In this document: positions 59,501-64,000 of the stretch, in pieces
How positions within the stretch are numbered: the first letter of the stretch is position 1
Layout: each line of letters starts with the position of its first letter
Source: an uncultured archaeon
Lineage (GTDB): Archaea; Hadarchaeota; Hadarchaeia; Hadarchaeales; Hadarchaeaceae
DNA: 64,000 bases
Direction of reading: 5' to 3'
NCBI GenBank assembly: GCA_937921735.1
Contig: CAKZTQ010000032.1
Span: 1-64,000, forward strand
The notes under the pieces: generated by a model
Told to the model about the DNA's origin: nothing
Databases searched by the model: none
Seen by the model: the letters and a program-made list of their open reading frames with translations, nothing else
Made by a program: the position numbers and the translations under genes

Positions 59501-61220
59501 GGACTGGCACATTTGGTTGCTCGTGCTCGTTACATTGTTTTCGGCGATGTTGCTCATAAGGCCGGGTATAAAATACGGGGTAGACATCGCCGGCGGATCT
59601 AGGATAACTTTGCGGTTGGAGGCATCTCACGTTACCATCAAAATAGAGGATTTGTCCAAGTTGGACAACCTCGTCAGAACGCTCGAGGACAACTTGCTTT
59701 CGACGGTCAAGGTAGTGGCCTACAACGAAAACGTAAAACAGATCACGCTGGAAGTGGGCAGGGCTGTGACCGAGGACATGATATCAGGCATCATCGACAA
59801 CCTTGGACAGCTCGTTGGGCTCGAGGAAAATAAGGTCAGCGATGAAACACGCGACGAGATCATGCATATACTTCAAGCTAGGGTGGATCCGTACGGTACA
59901 ATTGGGGCCCAGTTCAAGCCGCTCGGGATGAACTTCATCCTTTTTGAAATATCAGGCATCGAGCCAGAAAGGGCCAAGGAACTGCTCGGGAGGCAAGGCA
60001 TGCTGGAGGCGTTCGTGGACAACACGCTCGTCTTGAGGGGGGGAGACATCTTGCGCGTGGGCCTGATCAGGATCGAGCTAGAAGCTGGAGGATATAAGTA
60101 CCATGTCCCGTTTGAGATTTCGGAGGATGGCGCTCGGAGATTCGCGCAAGCATCCGTTGGAAAGGCCGGCCATTGCTTGGCGATTTACTTAGATCGTCCG
60201 GACGATGCAGTTTTGATCTTTAATAGACAGCTCTTGGGAGAGCTGGAGGCCTTTACCTACGACGAGAACTTGAGGGTATTCATCCACCGCACCGGCGGAT
60301 TTCCGGTCATGGTCCCTGCGGCGGCAGTGACTCCAGGGTCGCTGGAGGTAGAGGTTCTAGAATTTCTGCAGAAACAGCGCGAGTCCGCGATTCGGGCGAT
60401 TTTTTTGGGTGAAGAAAAGGACTTTTCTCCAGTGATTGTTGATAAAATAAGGGAGCTTTTTTCGATCGTTGAGAGCATACCGAGACCCGCGGATCAAATA
60501 GCAGACGAATGGGTGCGCCGAGCCTGTGGATTAGAATCTTGGCCACAAATTCAAGCGGATATCGCCGGAAAAGCGGTGACGAACGTCGAGATAACCGGCG
60601 TTCGAAGTTCTAGGGATGATGCGGAAAGGGACGCGAGGGATCTGCAAATATTGTTGTCTCAAAGATTGCCAGTAAAAATCTCGTTTGAAGGGGAGACGGC
60701 GATCGAACCGAGACTAGGCGCCGAAATAAAGGGCGAGGCCATGAGGGCTGCGGTGGGGGCGATCGTCGGCATTTGGGCGATGCTTTACATCCGCTATAGA
60801 CGCCTTAGGATCGCTGTAGCCATCGTCGGAACGATGCTGTGTGAAGTGATTATTACGTTGGGGCTGGCTTCCGCGATTCGCTGGACGATTGGTTTGCCGG
60901 AGATAGGTGGGTTGATCGCGGTCATAGGCAGCGGCGTCGATCATCAAATAGTCATCACCGATGAAATCTTGAGAGGAGTGGCACCTCAGGCGAAAAAGGT
61001 GAGCATCAGAGGTCGGATCGGTAGGGCCTTCTCGGTGATTTTTGCTGCAGCTGCGACGACCATCGCGGCGATGGTATGCTTGGCATCGCTCGGCTTTGGT
61101 GTGATGAGGGGCTTCGCTCTGGTAACGATCATCGGCGTGTTATCTGCGGTTCTAGTCACCCGCCCGGCTTATGCTAGACTGATCAGCGCATCGTTGGCGA
61201 AGGAACTTAGCGAGGGTTAG
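59487..61220 (+). CDS. secD: Protein translocase subunit SecD
   Basis: G.D..GG.RI.L, R.D..G, LP, P.LG, G.GVD..I.I.DE, GFA...I.G. Confidence 0.9.
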   Translation: MSASRDWHIWLLVLVTLFSAMLLIRPGIKYGVDIAGGSRITLRLEASHVTIKIEDLSKLDNLVRTLEDNLLSTVKVVAYNENVKQITLEVGRAVTEDMISGIIDNLGQLVGLEENKVSDETRDEIMHILQARVDPYGTIGAQFKPLGMNFILFEISGIEPERAKELLGRQGMLEAFVDNTLVLRGGDILRVGLIRIELEAGGYKYHVPFEISEDGARRFAQASVGKAGHCLAIYLDRPDDAVLIFNRQLLGELEAFTYDENLRVFIHRTGGFPVMVPAAAVTPGSLEVEVLEFLQKQRESAIRAIFLGEEKDFSPVIVDKIRELFSIVESIPRPADQIADEWVRRACGLESWPQIQADIAGKAVTNVEITGVRSSRDDAERDARDLQILLSQRLPVKISFEGETAIEPRLGAEIKGEAMRAAVGAIVGIWAMLYIRYRRLRIAVAIVGTMLCEVIITLGLASAIRWTIGLPEIGGLIAVIGSGVDHQIVITDEILRGVAPQAKKVSIRGRIGRAFSVIFAAAATTIAAMVCLASLGFGVMRGFALVTIIGVLSAVLVTRPAYARLISASLAKELSEG

Positions 61221-61507
61221 CTGCTTAAAATTAGGCCCGCCGATATGGCTGCGAATGTCGCCATGGCCGCTACGAGGCATAAAAACTTCCTTCCTATCCC
61301 GAGTAAATCTAACACCGGTTTTGAGGTCGCATAAACTGCCGCCGCGCAGATGAAATAGAACCAAAGGACCACTGCGGATACCATCAACAATGGAAATTTC
61401 AACAGGAGTAAGATGAATGCGATGAAGCCAGCTGCGCACGCCGCTAAAGCTAGTGGGTAGAAAAGGACCAACAGTAGGACTCTCTCCCTAGTAGTCATGT
61501 CCGTCAC
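61217..61507 (-). CDS. Small membrane protein
   Basis: Three hydrophobic segments; overlaps the DUF61 gene stop. Confidence 0.6.
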   Translation of the reverse strand: MTDMTTRERVLLLVLFYPLALAACAAGFIAFILLLLKFPLLMVSAVVLWFYFICAAAVYATSKPVLDLLGIGRKFLCLVAAMATFAAISAGLILSS

Positions 61508-61899
61508 ACCATGAAGAAGTATTGGGTCACCGTCGGAAGCTTTCTTCTAAGGGAGGCTATCTCCGGGAGGTATACGAGAAGTTCTCCACCAGCACATTTT
61601 TTCCCCAATAGTTGGCTCACCACCTTCGCTTCAACTTCTCCAGTTATCTTTGCCGTCCCCCTGCCAAGCTTTGGATCGAAAGATACCAAAATAGGGAGAA
61701 ACAGGCTATCCCATTCGCTTTCAGGTAAAATGCTTGCTAGCAGTTCAAGCTCGTCACGTTCGAACTCGTGGACCGATCCGTTTCTGCCGACGACTTGCGG
61801 TTTTTTTGACTTCAGGGCCTCGCTCAGCGAGATCCGCTTCATCGGGAGGTGGGCATTTAGCTTGGCCAGCTCCCGCTCGATCCAGCGCTCAGAGTTCAT
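61504..61899 (-). CDS. DUF61 family protein
   Basis: N.HLP..R.SL...L, G..H.F...EL, LPI, LR..LPT.TQ. Confidence 0.85.
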   Translation of the reverse strand: MNSERWIERELAKLNAHLPMKRISLSEALKSKKPQVVGRNGSVHEFERDELELLASILPESEWDSLFLPILVSFDPKLGRGTAKITGEVEAKVVSQLLGKKCAGGELLVYLPEIASLRRKLPTVTQYFFMV

Positions 61900-62549
61900 A
61901 TCCTCGCCTCGAGCATCGCTTTGATCCGTTTGAGGCGCGAGAAGTTTTCCCTTTCCATCTCACCCAGTCTCATTGTTATGAATTTTATTGTCGCTTCCAG
62001 GCGGGGGATTATTATATACTCCAGCGCGTTGGCCCTTCGCTTCGTCTTCTCCAGTTCCCTAGCTATCGCTCGAGCAGACTCCTCAAGTTCGGCCAATTCG
62101 ACTAGGAGCTCGAGGGTTTTTTCGAACTCCCTCGCCGCATCGTCTAAGGCGGAGGATGTGAAGTGAATGCTATAACCCCTTTCCAAAACCGTGCGCTCTA
62201 CTCTTTCGATCCTCAAGGCCGGGGTCATGATCCCCATTATATAGCGAGTGGACGCATCCAACTGGATCTCCCGTCTAGCCTCCCGAGAGGCTTGCTGAGT
62301 TTCGATCGTGCCGACGACGGCGAGGCAAACGGATAGCGCCCGATGGGCAGCGGATAATTGCCGCAGGGCATTCGTCCTCGCCTGTTTTACCCTTTTGAGC
62401 ACCTCAAAGAACTCGATGATGAGGGCATCCATTTTTTCGGTGAGTAAGTCATGTCCCCTCTGCGCCAAGCTGATTCTCCTCCTCAGTTTTATGAGTTCCA
62501 TCCTAGTTGGGGAGATCGCCATTGGTGCGGCCATTTTAACCTCCCCCAA
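61896..62549 (-). CDS. atpD: A/V-type ATP synthase subunit D
   Basis: PTRMEL..L, RGH.LL..K.D.L, KT.RR.NALE...IP, ERE.F.RLK. Confidence 0.95.
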   Translation of the reverse strand: MGEVKMAAPMAISPTRMELIKLRRRISLAQRGHDLLTEKMDALIIEFFEVLKRVKQARTNALRQLSAAHRALSVCLAVVGTIETQQASREARREIQLDASTRYIMGIMTPALRIERVERTVLERGYSIHFTSSALDDAAREFEKTLELLVELAELEESARAIARELEKTKRRANALEYIIIPRLEATIKFITMRLGEMERENFSRLKRIKAMLEARI

Positions 62550-62874
62550 CTTTTTCTGTCACCCTCGCCCCGACGGCACGTTTAATAAGTTCATATAACT
62601 CATCCACCGCCGGTACATAGCCGGTCTTATCAGGTATCGCGAGCACCACCGGAAGAACCCCTTTGGCCCTCATCAACAGCTTGAACTCTTCTCCCAAATC
62701 ATCGATGGTCCGATGAGTGATCAACAATAGCCCCATATCCTTCTCCATCAAAAAACTCTTGAGTTTGGATAGGGTTTCCTCCTTGCTTACGTGTATGTGG
62801 GTATGCCGCACGCCGGCAAGCGCAAAGCCGGTCACCGTGTCAGCGTCGCCGATCACCGCGATTTTATAGCTCAA
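62536..62874 (-). CDS. atpF: A/V-type ATP synthase subunit F
   Basis: IAVIGD.DTV.GF.LAG, P....IP, I.RAVG. Confidence 0.93.
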   Translation of the reverse strand: MSYKIAVIGDADTVTGFALAGVRHTHIHVSKEETLSKLKSFLMEKDMGLLLITHRTIDDLGEEFKLLMRAKGVLPVVLAIPDKTGYVPAVDELYELIKRAVGARVTEKVGGG

Positions 62875-63988
62875 TTTTAGGCACCCTCACCAGCAATTCC
62901 TTAATCCTCTCCGGCTCGACTCCATCCACCTTAAGTCTAATGATTGTACGTAGGTTCTTGATCTCCGTTTCCTTCATGTAAATGTAGGAGAGCACAGGGG
63001 CTAAGCTGAGCAATTTTACTATTGACATCCATTTGCATATCCTCAGCAGCCCTTCGTCCAGCGATTTTTCCATCGCCAAAAGTGAGCCAGTGGATTCGAA
63101 GTGGGGCATGGCTCCTGTAAGGATGGGGCCATAACTGGTGTGCGATACCGCCTCAACAGATGCTGACACATCCTCAGCGAGGATCATGGACCTCAGCACC
63201 TCCTCCGATAGCTCGTGCGACGGCCTGATCACGAATTTATCTATTTCATCTGGCGGTACCCCTTCTTTTTTGAGCCGTAATATCAGCTTAATATTCACCG
63301 CGTCTATCTCGTAGCCGATCACCGCCTTCAGGATTTGGCGCTGGCGTTTCGCCTTCAACACCTCTGCCCACAAACTCGAATAATAATGCTTGTCCAAGGC
63401 GGAGGTCAGGGCGATCAACCCCAACTTCTCATAGGCCTGAAGGGCTTTAGAAGCGGCTTCGAAGTACTCGGTGCCCTCCAAATACTTGAGGAATTCCTCG
63501 AGACCCTCTGCGGCGGCCAGCAGCTCGAGCCTATGGAGGGGGAGAGTCGGAGATGGTATGAGGTCCTTCATCCTCTCCTCTTTCGGAAGCTTATCGTGGA
63601 TCGCGGCGAGTAGGACCTTGAGGTTCCAAAGATCTATTCGCTGGATCAACTTGGCGATCACCCCTCTCCCCTCTCTCGGTACCATCTGGAGGAGCTCCCG
63701 ATAGCGCTCGCTGACGCTCATCTTCAGGGCCCGTTCGATCGCGATGACGTCGATCCTTTCGGACCTCGGAATATCCTTGAGGTATGGGCCATAATCGGTA
63801 TCGTCTAAGCCGGCTAGAATATTGACGACCTTGGCCGCATCCGCGAACTCAAGGAGGCGGGACTCAGGGATGGACCTTGCCTCCCAAGCACTGATCTTCG
63901 CGCTGCAGTAAACGTATGGCGTCGTGCGTTTGGCGTGGGCGATGATCAAGACTAAAAAAATCCCCATGAGCGCGAATACCAGCATCAA
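62864..63988 (-). CDS. atpC: A/V-type ATP synthase subunit C (may extend beyond window)
   Basis: PY.Y..A.I, D..N.K, LD..YY, ID..N....LR.K, KE.E..NL..I. Frame is open to 64000. Confidence 0.9.
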   Translation of the reverse strand: MMLVFALMGIFLVLIIAHAKRTTPYVYCSAKISAWEARSIPESRLLEFADAAKVVNILAGLDDTDYGPYLKDIPRSERIDVIAIERALKMSVSERYRELLQMVPREGRGVIAKLIQRIDLWNLKVLLAAIHDKLPKEERMKDLIPSPTLPLHRLELLAAAEGLEEFLKYLEGTEYFEAASKALQAYEKLGLIALTSALDKHYYSSLWAEVLKAKRQRQILKAVIGYEIDAVNIKLILRLKKEGVPPDEIDKFVIRPSHELSEEVLRSMILAEDVSASVEAVSHTSYGPILTGAMPHFESTGSLLAMEKSLDEGLLRICKWMSIVKLLSLAPVLSYIYMKETEIKNLRTIIRLKVDGVEPERIKELLVRVPKIEL

Positions 63989-64000
63989 AGCCAGATCACT

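Overview
Archaeal chromosomal window: TFB, Gar1, rpS8e, L35Ae, L10e, aEF-2, arcTGT, archaeal MAT, geranylgeranyl reductase, the HMG-CoA synthase/thiolase/DUF35 cluster and A-type ATPase subunits. Gene content and style suggest a Hadarchaeota-like euryarchaeote, but this is inference. It holds about 65 densely packed, mostly housekeeping genes and one tRNA-Leu(CAG). Main things worth follow-up: (1) an array of 16-bp palindromes (TGACAYRCGTRTGTCA) at roughly 42-bp period that overlaps and follows a small Cas2/ChrB-N-like gene, 3 kb from (2) an smc-scpA-scpB operon whose SMC is only 772 aa with no recognisable hinge; (3) two unassigned, strongly base-paired intergenic RNA candidates (18496-18760 and 25637-25843); (4) a pair of unknown membrane proteins beside nikR with a NikR-type operator over their promoter, next to a membrane-arm-less group 4-like [NiFe]-hydrogenase cluster with an embedded HdrB; (5) an acr3 islet at tRNA-Leu with a degenerate att copy; (6) apparent ACG/CTG start codons. 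All calls come from motif recognition by eye; no database searches were run.
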